DNA of 64,000 nucleotides from a virus. The notes below the pieces were generated by a model. The model worked only from the letters and a program-made list of their open reading frames with translations, had not been told where the DNA came from and did no database searches. The stretch is from the IMG/VR virus record IMGVR_UViG_3300042898_000421. The stretch is one strand, 5' to 3'. Of the stretch, positions 8,877-19,023 are shown piece by piece. The translations under genes and the position numbers were made by a program. The first letter of the stretch is position 1. Each line of letters starts with the position of its first letter.

Positions 8877-9713
8877 ATGCAAAATTTACCAGTCTATTTA
8901 TATAATTACAAACTCGATGTAACATTAGATTTGGACGCTACTGTAAGAGGAGTAAACCAGGTTATGTACCAGCGAGACCTAAAGATACAAAAAGGTATCA
9001 AAAATCAAGTTAGAATTCAGTTTAAAAATAGCGACCAAAAAAATGTTAGAATCTACAACACGCAAACATTTGTATTCAGTATGTTTGATGCTATCAATCA
9101 GAGATTAATAGTTGAAAAACAAATCGAAGTACTAGATGTAGCAACTACTTCAACCAAGGGATTAGCTATACTAACTCTTAATGAGAGTGATACATTAGAT
9201 TTAGATAGAACCAGTTATCAATATACAATTAAACTTAGAGAATCTGATGGAGCCTATCTCCCAACTTATTCTAATACTTACTACGGAATGGCAGGAACCC
9301 TGCATCTAAGTTCTGAAGTATTTCCTGTTCTCAAAGACAGCACCACTATAAACACGTTTAATATTACATACAACGACGATATACAGAAGTATGAGCATAA
9401 GAGTGGAAACATCTATGCTAACCCAGAATACAATGGTAATAGCGCATTGCACACATTAGCCATGTACATGACCGGATATAAGGGGACCGTATACATTCAA
9501 GGAACCCTGGACAACACTCCGGGATCAAGTGGAAATTATTCTAACATCGTTACCAAGACTTATACTGGATTTACCGGAATAGATTCGATTAACTTTAATG
9601 GTGTCTATACCTATATTAGAATTCTACATGTTCCTGGAACTGCACCTGCAGAATCTAATAATGATAATCCTAGTTTCTTCGGATCGTTTGACAAAGCACT
9701 TTACAGAAGCTAA
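8877..9713 (+). CDS. putative virion/structural protein
   Basis: beta-rich, Thr/Asn-rich; TAAATA late-type motif 4 nt before the ATG. Confidence 0.55.
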   Translation: MQNLPVYLYNYKLDVTLDLDATVRGVNQVMYQRDLKIQKGIKNQVRIQFKNSDQKNVRIYNTQTFVFSMFDAINQRLIVEKQIEVLDVATTSTKGLAILTLNESDTLDLDRTSYQYTIKLRESDGAYLPTYSNTYYGMAGTLHLSSEVFPVLKDSTTINTFNITYNDDIQKYEHKSGNIYANPEYNGNSALHTLAMYMTGYKGTVYIQGTLDNTPGSSGNYSNIVTKTYTGFTGIDSINFNGVYTYIRILHVPGTAPAESNNDNPSFFGSFDKALYRS

Positions 9714-9716
9714 ACT
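9688..9716 (+). promoter_or_regulatory. sigma70-type promoter of primase
   Basis: TTGACA-17 nt-TAAACT, 6 nt before the GTG start. Confidence 0.7.
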
Positions 9717-9722
9717 GTATAT

Positions 9723-10727
9723 GTGAACGATATACAATCTGCATTACTGACATTACTGCCTTCTAAGAGGAAACTTACATCCGGTGGATGGACCAGTTTT
9801 AATGCTCCCTGCTGTCATCACAGAGGAGAACGTCAAGATGAAAAACTGCGTGGCGGTATTAGAGTAGAGAATGACGGGTTTGTATATCATTGTTTCAATT
9901 GTGGATTTGCCGCAGGATGGACTCCTGGTAAAATTCTAAGCAAGAATACCAAAAGCCTATTTCAATGGATAGGCATGAATGAGATAGACATAGGTAAACT
10001 TAATCTTGCGGCACTCAAGATCAAAGATGACCAGCCCGTTCTTAAGAAAGCACTAAATTTAGTATTATTAGAAAAACCCTTGCCCGATGGCACAATGTCT
10101 GTAATGGAATGGATTAATACCGGGTACTTGCCCGATGTAGCAGAAGACATTGGCAAGATAGTAGAATACATTTTAAGTAGGGGTATGGAGCTCGATTGGT
10201 ACAATTGGATGTGGAGTCCTGCATCGGGCTATGTAGATAGAGTACTAATACCGTTTTATCAAGATGGAAAGGTAGTAGGATACACTGGCAGAAAAATCAA
10301 TCCCGGCAACCCTAAGTACTTGACAGATAGTCAAAGTGGATATGTTTTTAATTTGGATCGTCAAGGGTGGAATCGTCAATGCGTCATAGTCGTAGAAGGA
10401 CAATTTGATGCTATAGCTATAGATGGCGTAGCCATTATGACGAACGAGCCTAACGATGCCCAGATTGCAAGATTGACTGGATTAGGAAAAGAAATTATAG
10501 TAGTACCAGACAGAGATCGCCCCGGTGCCAAGATGCTCAAATCAGCAATAACCAATGGCTGGAGTGCTAGTTTGCCTCCGTGGGGCGATGACGTCAAAGA
10601 TGTAGCAGATGCTGTAAAGAAATATGGACGACTGTATGTGTTAGCCACAATCTTGCACTACAAGGTTGCGGGCGAGATAAAAATAAATCTAATGAAGAAG
10701 AAACTAGAAGCGTTAAGAGATGAATAA
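9723..10727 (+). CDS. DNA primase (DnaG/gp61-type)
   Basis: Zn ribbon APCCHH...YHCFNCG; TOPRIM EGQFDAIA and PDRDRPG. Confidence 0.9.
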   Translation: MNDIQSALLTLLPSKRKLTSGGWTSFNAPCCHHRGERQDEKLRGGIRVENDGFVYHCFNCGFAAGWTPGKILSKNTKSLFQWIGMNEIDIGKLNLAALKIKDDQPVLKKALNLVLLEKPLPDGTMSVMEWINTGYLPDVAEDIGKIVEYILSRGMELDWYNWMWSPASGYVDRVLIPFYQDGKVVGYTGRKINPGNPKYLTDSQSGYVFNLDRQGWNRQCVIVVEGQFDAIAIDGVAIMTNEPNDAQIARLTGLGKEIIVVPDRDRPGAKMLKSAITNGWSASLPPWGDDVKDVADAVKKYGRLYVLATILHYKVAGEIKINLMKKKLEALRDE

Positions 10728-12192
10728 AAAAGAAAAACCACAAAAACCCAATTATGACTTTGAAGTGCAAAAGCTGTACTTGGAAATGTTTCTAAGTGAT
10801 GCTGAGACGTTTGTACGTTGTCAAAATATTTTTGATCCCAAAAACTTTGATCAGCGACTGCAAGAAAGTGCAGAGTTCATTACAAAATATGTAGATGAAT
10901 ACAAGGTAATGCCCGAGGCCAATATCGTCAACGCATCTACAAGAAGTCAGTATAACCCAGTTGCATTGCCCAGAGAAAACTATGAATGGTTAATGAATGA
11001 GTTTGAAAACTTTAGCAGACACAAAGGACTAGAAAGGGCAATTATCGAGTCTAGTGATTTGTTAGAGTCCGGAGACTACGGTCCAGTTGAAAAACTAATT
11101 AAGGATGCTATACAGATATCTCTAAACAAAGATATGGGTACAGATTACTTTGAAGATCCCAGAGCACGTCTGACTAAACTTAAAGATGGCAATGGGCAGA
11201 TCAGCACAGGATGGCCCAGCATTGATAAGAAATTATACGGCGGATTTAACCGAGGTGAACTGAATATCTTCTGTGCTGGATCAGGTGGCGGCAAGAGTTT
11301 GTTCTTAGCCAACTTAGGAGTGAACTGGGCACTAGCTGGACTTAATGTCTTATATCTTACATTTGAATTAGCCGAAGGCCTCGTAGGTATGCGACTCGAT
11401 AGTATGATGACAGGTATTACAACTCGAGAGATCTTTAAGAACATCGACGACGTTGAACTCAAGGTCAAGATGTTGGGCAAGAAGAGTGGTAACTTACAGG
11501 TTAAGTATATGCCATCGGGCAAGAACTGTAACGATATCCGTGCCTACTTGAAAGAGTATCAGGTCAAGAAAGGTTGCAAGCCCGACGTTATTCTAATTGA
11601 CTATTTGGACTTGATGATGCCGTTGAGTGTTAAAGTTAGCCCAAGTGACCTGTTCGTTAAGGACAAGTATGTGTCGGAAGAAATTCGTAACTTGGCTATG
11701 GAAACACAATGTATCACAGTCACAGCGTCACAGTTAAACCGTAGTGCTGTTGAAGAAATTGAGTTTGATCACAGCCACATCTCGGGCGGATTGAGTAAGA
11801 TTATGACGGCGGATAATGTTATCGGTATCTTTACCAGTCGTGCTATGAAAGAACGTGGGCGGTATCAAATACAGTTTATGAAGACACGTAGTTCTAGTGG
11901 TGTTGGGCAAAAAGTTGATCTAGAGTTTAATGTAGATACATTGCGTATTAGCGACCTAGGTGAAGATGAGCAAGAAGGCAGTTTTAATCAGCAACGGCAA
12001 CAGGGTGGCGGAAGTAGTGTCTATGCAGGCCTAAAAAGGACCAGCACAGTGTCAACTACTACTGATCCCGAAACTGGAGAAATTATTCCAATTGATCCTA
12101 CAAAAGGTGTAGCTGTTAGTAAAAATAAACACGCCAAGGGTGTTGCCGACATTAGAAGTATGTTGGCTAATTTAAATCCTGAAAAAGATTAA
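10720..12192 (+). CDS. replicative DnaB/gp41-like helicase
   Basis: AGSGGGKS, LIDYLD, TASQLNR, QFMKTR. Confidence 0.92.
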   Translation: MNKKEKPQKPNYDFEVQKLYLEMFLSDAETFVRCQNIFDPKNFDQRLQESAEFITKYVDEYKVMPEANIVNASTRSQYNPVALPRENYEWLMNEFENFSRHKGLERAIIESSDLLESGDYGPVEKLIKDAIQISLNKDMGTDYFEDPRARLTKLKDGNGQISTGWPSIDKKLYGGFNRGELNIFCAGSGGGKSLFLANLGVNWALAGLNVLYLTFELAEGLVGMRLDSMMTGITTREIFKNIDDVELKVKMLGKKSGNLQVKYMPSGKNCNDIRAYLKEYQVKKGCKPDVILIDYLDLMMPLSVKVSPSDLFVKDKYVSEEIRNLAMETQCITVTASQLNRSAVEEIEFDHSHISGGLSKIMTADNVIGIFTSRAMKERGRYQIQFMKTRSSSGVGQKVDLEFNVDTLRISDLGEDEQEGSFNQQRQQGGGSSVYAGLKRTSTVSTTTDPETGEIIPIDPTKGVAVSKNKHAKGVADIRSMLANLNPEKD

Positions 12193-12749
12193 AACCAATT
12201 TGCAATTTGTAAACGACCTGATTCAGCTATAACTTTGTGCCACTGGTCAATATCATCTGATCCAAATACAGTTTCGACTTCAGCAGGAGCATAACTCCAT
12301 GAACTCCATGAATGCCAAGGTTCTTTTCCTGCAACTTCCCCTTCAATGTGTCCGGGCAACCAACGTGTAAATCCTGCAACTACTCTGAAATGTTCAGGAC
12401 CTTCTCCCTTGCTTATTGCGGCAAGAACTGAAACATCATGACTTACTCCAATTCGATTTGTAACTTTAGTAGTGTTAGATGTATACCAGTCTAGACTATG
12501 TATTACATGTATTCTATTAGTTGACTCTTGACCGCCGTTGTATAAAGGCTGGTCTTGATCTGTATGTAAGCCTACATTCTGCATTACAGTTTGAAACGTG
12601 ATATCATTTGTAAATGGTTTATTGATCTGGAGTCCTATAGCCCCGGTTGCATCATGATCTAATATTAGCAATACTCCTTTACGAAGAATCGGTTCCTGTC
12701 GTCTAGGATGAGCTGCTAAAAGATAACCTCTATAATTTTGTTCAATCAT
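12189..12749 (-). CDS. YqgE/AlgH (DUF179) family protein
   Basis: LLAAHP, GAIGLQINKP, YNGG, IH, FRVVAGFTRWLPG..E.E, W. Confidence 0.8.
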   Translation of the reverse strand: MIEQNYRGYLLAAHPRRQEPILRKGVLLILDHDATGAIGLQINKPFTNDITFQTVMQNVGLHTDQDQPLYNGGQESTNRIHVIHSLDWYTSNTTKVTNRIGVSHDVSVLAAISKGEGPEHFRVVAGFTRWLPGHIEGEVAGKEPWHSWSSWSYAPAEVETVFGSDDIDQWHKVIAESGRLQIANWF

Positions 12750-12778
12750 AATAATATTTAATCAATAAATAATATTCT

Positions 12779-13471
12779 ATGCGAATGATTGAATTTACCA
12801 AGGGCTACGAGGAACATGATCGATTAAATCCCAAACTATGGGATGGTATACAACTGCGCCCCGAAGTTAAAGTTAAGCTGTTACAGATTGCAGAAAAATT
12901 TAGAGAATTTATAGATATCGATGTTCCTGTTATCGATGTACAAATAACCGGAGGTCAAGTCACTTATCACTATACCGAGCAAAGCGATCTTGATCTGCAT
13001 CTAATTATAGACTATGGTAAAATACAGTGTGATCAAGAAGTGGAAGAATTGTTGGACACTAAACGATTACTGTTTAAAGAAAAATTTCAAATCAATATCA
13101 GAGGTATTCCTGTAGAGCCCGGAACAGAAGATCAAACTCGTCCGACTGTAAGTTCAGCGTGGAGTCTTAAAACTAATAGCTGGATACGCGAGCCAAAGAA
13201 CTATAGTGGCAAAATAGACCGTAAAAGCATCGAAAAGCAGTACGAGTACTGGGATAATTTAATCAGGTATGTTTTGAATCAAAACGACTTCGAAATGGCT
13301 CAAAAAGTTCTAAAATTATTACGAAAATACCGCAAAATAGGTCTAAAACAGACCGGAGAATACGGGATAGAAAATTTAGTATATAAGAGCTTACGTAACA
13401 GTAAATCATTAGAAAAGCTAGTATCTTATATAGATCAGACATTTGATAAAAATTTAAGCATCAATAAGTAA
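12779..13471 (+). CDS. Pol-beta-superfamily nucleotidyltransferase
   Basis: ITGG-x9-SDLDLHL (G[GS]...DxD) and IRGIPVE third acidic residue. Confidence 0.7.
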   Translation: MRMIEFTKGYEEHDRLNPKLWDGIQLRPEVKVKLLQIAEKFREFIDIDVPVIDVQITGGQVTYHYTEQSDLDLHLIIDYGKIQCDQEVEELLDTKRLLFKEKFQINIRGIPVEPGTEDQTRPTVSSAWSLKTNSWIREPKNYSGKIDRKSIEKQYEYWDNLIRYVLNQNDFEMAQKVLKLLRKYRKIGLKQTGEYGIENLVYKSLRNSKSLEKLVSYIDQTFDKNLSINK

Positions 13472-13488
13472 ACTTTTATAAAGAATCA

Positions 13489-13515
13489 AAAGGAGCCTGA
13501 GGGTTCCTTTCTTGT
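13489..13515 (+). terminator. intrinsic terminator
   Basis: AAAGGAGCC-TGAG-GGTTCCTTT followed by CTTGTTT. Confidence 0.65.
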
Positions 13516-13549
13516 TTGTAAATATCAACAACATTTACACAGGATAAAA

Positions 13550-14149
13550 ATGACCTTAGAAGAAATGATCCGTAAAACTGGCAAGCGCCAGGACTCATTC
13601 CAAATAATGATAGAGCATTTAAAAACTTGTGAAGAACCATTAATAATTGAAACAGGATGCGCTCGTCCTCCACATAAAGAGTGGGGAAGCGAAGACGTAA
13701 GTTTTAAAGATGAAGGATTCAGCACAAGAATTTTTGATGCATTCATTAATCAAAGCGGCGGTGAATTACACTCCGTTGACATCAATCCAGAACACGTAGA
13801 ATATGCACTTACTCAAGTAAGCGATCGAGTACAAATCCATTGCAGTGACAGCGTTGAATTTCTCTGGCAAGCAAATCAGAACTTAACTGAAACAGAGAAC
13901 TATGTAGATCTGTTATACTTAGATAGTTATGATTACGAACCAGAAGACCCATGGCCCAGTGCTGCACATCACATTAAAGAACTTGCGGCAATTATGTCTA
14001 GACTGCGGCCTGGTTCACTTGTTGCTGTAGATGATAATTTTATTGTCAATGGGCAACGTCAAGGCAAAGGTGCATACATTTATGATTTTATGCAGAGCAT
14101 CGGCAAACCTTTAGTACATGAAGGTTATCAATACATTTGGAGATTTTAA
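13550..14149 (+). CDS. class I SAM-dependent methyltransferase
   Basis: IIETGCAR, SVDINP, DSVEFL, DLLYLDS, VAVDD. Confidence 0.8.
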   Translation: MTLEEMIRKTGKRQDSFQIMIEHLKTCEEPLIIETGCARPPHKEWGSEDVSFKDEGFSTRIFDAFINQSGGELHSVDINPEHVEYALTQVSDRVQIHCSDSVEFLWQANQNLTETENYVDLLYLDSYDYEPEDPWPSAAHHIKELAAIMSRLRPGSLVAVDDNFIVNGQRQGKGAYIYDFMQSIGKPLVHEGYQYIWRF

Positions 14150-14985
14150 TGAAAGTATATGATTGTTTTCCATTCTTTAACGAATTAGACGTTTTAGAAA
14201 TTCGATTGAAAGAACTGTGGGACGTAGTTGACGTATTTGTTTTAGCAGAATCAAATCTAAGTCACAGCGGTAAACCCAAAGAATATATCTTTGAAAATAA
14301 CAAAGAGAGATTTAGTCAGTGGATGAGTAAGATTCGTCATATAAAAGTAGAAGACATGCCCGAGACTGAAGACTCGTGGGTCCGTGAACGTTTCCAGCGG
14401 GTTTGTCTTGACCGAGGCCTATATGATATGGAACCCGAAGACATTGTTATTGTCAGTGACTGTGACGAAATTACTCGTGCTGAGATCGTTACTTTGATAA
14501 AAGAAGATGAGAATAATTATGACAAATACATCTTGAACATTCCGCAATTTCAATATAAACTAAACTACATGAAAGTTTATAACGTTTCAAAAAATGCCAA
14601 CATCATGGTAACAAGAGGTCGTTGTTATTCAAACGCACAACAAGAAAGAGAATGGACATTCTTTTGGAACGCAAAGCCAGAAAACACAGTATTTGTGGAT
14701 CATGGCGGCTGGCATTTCACTTACCTAGGTGATGATCAACATGCGATTACCAAAATTCAAAACTTTGCTCACACAGAAACTGATACACCTGATATGATCA
14801 AGCGTCACAATATCAAATGGTTTATACAAAACAAATACGGACATCATGGTCCCAATGACAGCGAAAGATATGAGTGGGTTCAACTAGATGATTACTTTCC
14901 CGAATGTGTTACTAGTAATGTTGAACAATACAAAGATATGATTTTAGAAGGCGCAGTATTACGTGCCACAGATATGTATAGATAA
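14149..14985 (+). CDS. GT17 (MGAT3-like beta-1,4-GlcNAc transferase) family glycosyltransferase
   Basis: YDCFPFFNELDVLEIRL, RERFQR, SDCDEI, GGWHFTYLG, KIQNFAH. Confidence 0.85.
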   Translation: MKVYDCFPFFNELDVLEIRLKELWDVVDVFVLAESNLSHSGKPKEYIFENNKERFSQWMSKIRHIKVEDMPETEDSWVRERFQRVCLDRGLYDMEPEDIVIVSDCDEITRAEIVTLIKEDENNYDKYILNIPQFQYKLNYMKVYNVSKNANIMVTRGRCYSNAQQEREWTFFWNAKPENTVFVDHGGWHFTYLGDDQHAITKIQNFAHTETDTPDMIKRHNIKWFIQNKYGHHGPNDSERYEWVQLDDYFPECVTSNVEQYKDMILEGAVLRATDMYR

Positions 14986-14995
14986 GAAAGAAATT

Positions 14996-15772
14996 ATGAC
15001 AACATTTTCACATTCAGGTACCATGGGCGACACATTGTGTAGCATGGTTGCAGTTAAAATATTAGGCGGTGGTGATGTTTACCTTCGTCTAGGTAATCTT
15101 AAAAAAATGATTCAAGAAAAGTTAGGGTGGCCTGATGCAGGACGTCACAACGATAAGATGAGACAAGTAGACTTTGATCAAATGGAAGAGTTTATGTTGC
15201 ATCAACCGTACATTAATAGTTTTAAAGTATGGAACGGTGAAGATATTGATTACGAACTTGAAGATGCAGCATTGCATTTAGAGACAGGTTTCTTACCTCG
15301 TAATTTTAGTAATCAACATGCACTAGCCAATGGCATTGATCACAAATATCATTTCAGACAACTTCAAATAGATCCATGGATGGAATGTCGTAATCCTATT
15401 AAGATTCCAGGACGTCCTATTGTAGTCCATCGTAACATGAATTACCAAGACGGAAATGAAAAAGACAGCAAAACATGGCAAAACGTTTGTCAAAGAGGAT
15501 TAACTGACCAGGGCGTATTTGTGGGCAGTGAAGAAGAACATGCGGCCTTTGAAGAAATATTCAAAGTATGGGTACCTCATTATAGAACAGAAAACCTAAT
15601 GGAACTTGCTCGAGTTATTCAAGGCAGCGAATACTTTGTTACCAGCATGGGCGGTCCTAGTGCAGTTGCACTGGCGTTGGGTAAGACTATGATGTTAGAA
15701 GTTCGTAAAAACGAACCATTCGAACGTTTAGAAATCAACTATCCTTTTAGATTAAACATTCAATATTTCTAA
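14996..15772 (+). CDS. GT9-like (heptosyltransferase-fold) glycosyltransferase
   Basis: HSGTMGDT N-terminus, FVG, LMELARVIQGSEYFV; paralogue of 36434-37192. Confidence 0.6.
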   Translation: MTTFSHSGTMGDTLCSMVAVKILGGGDVYLRLGNLKKMIQEKLGWPDAGRHNDKMRQVDFDQMEEFMLHQPYINSFKVWNGEDIDYELEDAALHLETGFLPRNFSNQHALANGIDHKYHFRQLQIDPWMECRNPIKIPGRPIVVHRNMNYQDGNEKDSKTWQNVCQRGLTDQGVFVGSEEEHAAFEEIFKVWVPHYRTENLMELARVIQGSEYFVTSMGGPSAVALALGKTMMLEVRKNEPFERLEINYPFRLNIQYF

Positions 15773-15773
15773 A

Positions 15774-16520
15774 ATGCGTGTAGCCTTAATCAGTGGCGGT
15801 CATCCTAGATTTACCGGAGACTTTATTGCCTTAATGCATCAGTTAACTGGCTTTGAGTCTGCGGATCTCTATCTAAATTTTTGGAACAGTAACTGGGCTT
15901 CAACTGAAGCAGAAGGCAGTGCTAGAATAGAATCAGTGTTATTGCCAAACTATCGTTTAGCAAAATTAAAAATAACAGAACAACCCGCATGGGAACTTCC
16001 TCCACACACATTGCCTCATCCTCCTGCTACACCCGAAAATATTCGTTGGTGGTATCAACGTAGGATAGGCATGTGGCAATCCTTGTACATGGCTTTTGAT
16101 TTAATCGATCAAGATTATGATCTTGTGATTAGATTTAGACCAGACGGTATGATTAACACAGTACTTGATTTAAGATCTTTAAATGTACAAGATGATATTG
16201 TTATACCTAAGAACGGTTGTGGATGGAATCACTGGCCCGTTAATGATCAATTTGCCGTCGGAACTTACAACAGTATGAAATTGTACACTGATATAGGTAG
16301 ACAATATAATAAGTTGGTAGTAGAATCAGATCCACAATGGGAACACAACGGACACGGAAACTGGTCAGGAGAACACATACTTGGCCACTATATAAATAAA
16401 AATAATATAAAATATAGATTAGAAAACTTTGATCACGTCTTAACCACAAGAGGTCGTTCTAAGTTTACTGACAAACATTATCACTTGCCTGTTACGCAAG
16501 ATCCAACAACCACATTATGA
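15774..16520 (+). CDS. putative glycosyltransferase (paralogue group A)
   Basis: VALISGGHPRF, YDLVIRFRPD, NDQFAVG..SM..Y, GEHIL. Confidence 0.6.
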   Translation: MRVALISGGHPRFTGDFIALMHQLTGFESADLYLNFWNSNWASTEAEGSARIESVLLPNYRLAKLKITEQPAWELPPHTLPHPPATPENIRWWYQRRIGMWQSLYMAFDLIDQDYDLVIRFRPDGMINTVLDLRSLNVQDDIVIPKNGCGWNHWPVNDQFAVGTYNSMKLYTDIGRQYNKLVVESDPQWEHNGHGNWSGEHILGHYINKNNIKYRLENFDHVLTTRGRSKFTDKHYHLPVTQDPTTTL

Positions 16521-17893
16521 ATAAACTTGTAATCTTTGACTTAGACGGCGTACTGATAGAAAGTAGAGAACTACACTATCATAGTCTAAATGCCGCATTA
16601 GAATCTATTGATAAAAAATATATAATCAATAGAGACGAACACCTTAGTGTATATGACGGACTCAATACCACTAAGAAATTAAAACTATTATCCGAAACAA
16701 AAGGTTTGCCCACAGAGTTTCATGATCTTATTTGGCGGAAGAAACAAGAAGCAACATTTGATCTAATTCGTAAATTTGATTTTGATTACAAATTGATCGA
16801 TATATTTGTTAAACTGAAAAAGCAAGGTTATCTAATTGCAGTGGCCAGTAATAGCATACGTGAAACTGTTAAGTTAAGTTTGCTTAAAATAGGAGTCATG
16901 GAATATGTTGATTGCTATGTAAGCAATCAGGATGTTACTTTACCTAAACCGTATCCAGAGATGTACTGGCAATGTATGACCATGTGTAATGCACTGCCCC
17001 GCAATACATTGATCATCGAAGACAGTCACATTGGTAGACAAGGTGCATTGGACAGTGGTGGAAACTTACTGGCTGTAGAAGACTCACACGATGTGACCTG
17101 GTCAAAAATTAATAATAAATTATCACATATGAACTCACAAACAATTAAAAATAACATTCCTTGGAAAGACAGTAAACTAAATGTTTTGATCCCTATGGCA
17201 GGCGCAGGCAGTAGATTTGCACAGATGGGTTACACATTTCCAAAACCACTGATCGAAGTCAACGGCAAGCCCATGATTCAAGTGGTGGTAGAAAATTTAA
17301 ACATTGAAGCACACTTTATTTTCATTGTACAAAAAGAACACTATGAAAAATATAACCTCAAATATCTGCTCAACTTAATTGCACCGGGCTGTGACATTGT
17401 GCAGGTTGAAGGTGTAACTGAAGGTGCAGCCTGTAGCACACTACTGGCCAAAGAATATATCAATACTGATGCTCCATTAGTTATGGCCAACAGTGACCAG
17501 TATGTTGAGTGGAACAGTAACGAATGTATGTATGCGTTTACCGCAGATGAGATTGATGGAGGTATCGTTACATTTGAAGCAAGTCATCCCAAATGGAGTT
17601 ACGCTAAACTAGGTGATGATGGTTTTGTTAGCGAAGTAGCAGAAAAGAAAGTCATCAGTAATGAAGCTACAGTAGGCATATACTATTGGAAGAAAGGTAG
17701 TGACTACGTTAAGTATGCAGAAGATATGATTGCAAAAGACATTCGTGTTAACAATGAGTTTTATGTTTGCCCTGTATTCAACCAGGCTATTGAAGCAGGT
17801 AAGAAAATTAAAGTTAAGAAAATTCAAAAGATGTGGGGTATAGGCACTCCGGAAGATCTAAATCATTTCTTAGCAAATCATAAAGAAGATTAA
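16517..17893 (+). CDS. HAD phosphatase fused to sugar-phosphate nucleotidyltransferase
   Basis: FDLDGVL, PKPYP and IEDS (HAD); IPMAGAGSRF..GY..PKPLI, ANSDQ and GTPED (NTP transferase). Confidence 0.88.
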   Translation: MNKLVIFDLDGVLIESRELHYHSLNAALESIDKKYIINRDEHLSVYDGLNTTKKLKLLSETKGLPTEFHDLIWRKKQEATFDLIRKFDFDYKLIDIFVKLKKQGYLIAVASNSIRETVKLSLLKIGVMEYVDCYVSNQDVTLPKPYPEMYWQCMTMCNALPRNTLIIEDSHIGRQGALDSGGNLLAVEDSHDVTWSKINNKLSHMNSQTIKNNIPWKDSKLNVLIPMAGAGSRFAQMGYTFPKPLIEVNGKPMIQVVVENLNIEAHFIFIVQKEHYEKYNLKYLLNLIAPGCDIVQVEGVTEGAACSTLLAKEYINTDAPLVMANSDQYVEWNSNECMYAFTADEIDGGIVTFEASHPKWSYAKLGDDGFVSEVAEKKVISNEATVGIYYWKKGSDYVKYAEDMIAKDIRVNNEFYVCPVFNQAIEAGKKIKVKKIQKMWGIGTPEDLNHFLANHKED

Positions 17894-17896
17894 AGT

Positions 17897-18577
17897 ATGA
17901 GCAAATATATTCTATTTGACATCGGTGCAAATCAGGGTCAAGACAGTTTAGACAGAACACGTAACGACACCTCAGTAGAGACCTGGGCATTTGAACCTAT
18001 TCCCGAATTGTTTAGTAGAATAGACACTGCAAGAAAAAATGGGTACACATGGCAATTTTATCATCGTGCTGAACCAGCTGGCGTTAGCTACGAAGATCGT
18101 TATCATGTATTTCCTTTGGCAATTAGTGACTATGACGGTGAGTCAACATTTTATGTTGCCGATCGTGATCCAGTAGGTGACTGGGGCGCTAGCAGTCTAT
18201 ATCCATTTGTTGACGAAGTAAGTCAGACCTGGCCCGGGCGGCGAGACCTAGTTACCACAAGAACTGTCACAGTCAAAGTTTCTAGATTTGATACGTGGTA
18301 TAAATCACAGGGCCTGAACTTGGAAAAGATCGATTACTTTCATTGTGATACACAGGGCAGTGACCTACGTGTGCTCAAAGGCATGGGCGACTATGTACGC
18401 CTAATTCAAGAAGGTGTTGTGGAATGTGCTCGGGATGAAGCAGGGAAACTCTACAAAGAAAACCACACAGTGGCCGAGATGAAAGATTTCCTTTCTGAAC
18501 ATGGATTTGCTGTGTTTCACGAACAATCAAACGACCAGTGGTCAAATGAACTCAACTTATATTTTAGAAAGAAATGA
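17897..18577 (+). CDS. FkbM-family methyltransferase
   Basis: FDIGANQG, AFEPIP, HCDTQGSDL. Confidence 0.8.
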   Translation: MSKYILFDIGANQGQDSLDRTRNDTSVETWAFEPIPELFSRIDTARKNGYTWQFYHRAEPAGVSYEDRYHVFPLAISDYDGESTFYVADRDPVGDWGASSLYPFVDEVSQTWPGRRDLVTTRTVTVKVSRFDTWYKSQGLNLEKIDYFHCDTQGSDLRVLKGMGDYVRLIQEGVVECARDEAGKLYKENHTVAEMKDFLSEHGFAVFHEQSNDQWSNELNLYFRKK

Positions 18578-19023
18578 AACTGATAGCACATCGTGGACTG
18601 ATCAATGGTCCTAACCGTTCATTAGAAAATCAACCACAGCAGATTAAAAATAGTCTAGCTCTGGGCTACGATTGTGAAATTGACCTATGGGTATTTGACG
18701 GCAGACTTTATCTAGGACACGATGGTCCACAGTACAACATTACTAGAGAATTTTTAGATCAACCGGGTCTGTGGATACACGCCAAACACATAGACGCACT
18801 TGACTGGTTGTTGGGCAAAGATTTGAATTATTTCTGGCATCAAGAAGATCATTACACACTGACCAGTAAAAACTACATTTGGGCCTATCCAGGATATCCT
18901 GTAACTGGGAGAAGTGTACAGGTCATGCCCGAAACTGCGGATCCCACACTGAGTAATCTAGACTGGAAATGTCATGCTATATGCAGTGACTGGATTCTAA
19001 AGATTCAAGCCCAGCGCCCGTAA
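18574..19023 (+). CDS. GDPD/PI-PLC-like phosphodiesterase
   Basis: IAHRG, ENQ, CEIDLW, LGHD, WIHAKH, ICSD. Confidence 0.8.
   Translation: MKLIAHRGLINGPNRSLENQPQQIKNSLALGYDCEIDLWVFDGRLYLGHDGPQYNITREFLDQPGLWIHAKHIDALDWLLGKDLNYFWHQEDHYTLTSKNYIWAYPGYPVTGRSVQVMPETADPTLSNLDWKCHAICSDWILKIQAQRP

Noticed and set aside
73-12192. Inteins or introns in replication genes
   Set aside because: UvsW, primase and helicase have normal lengths with contiguous motifs.
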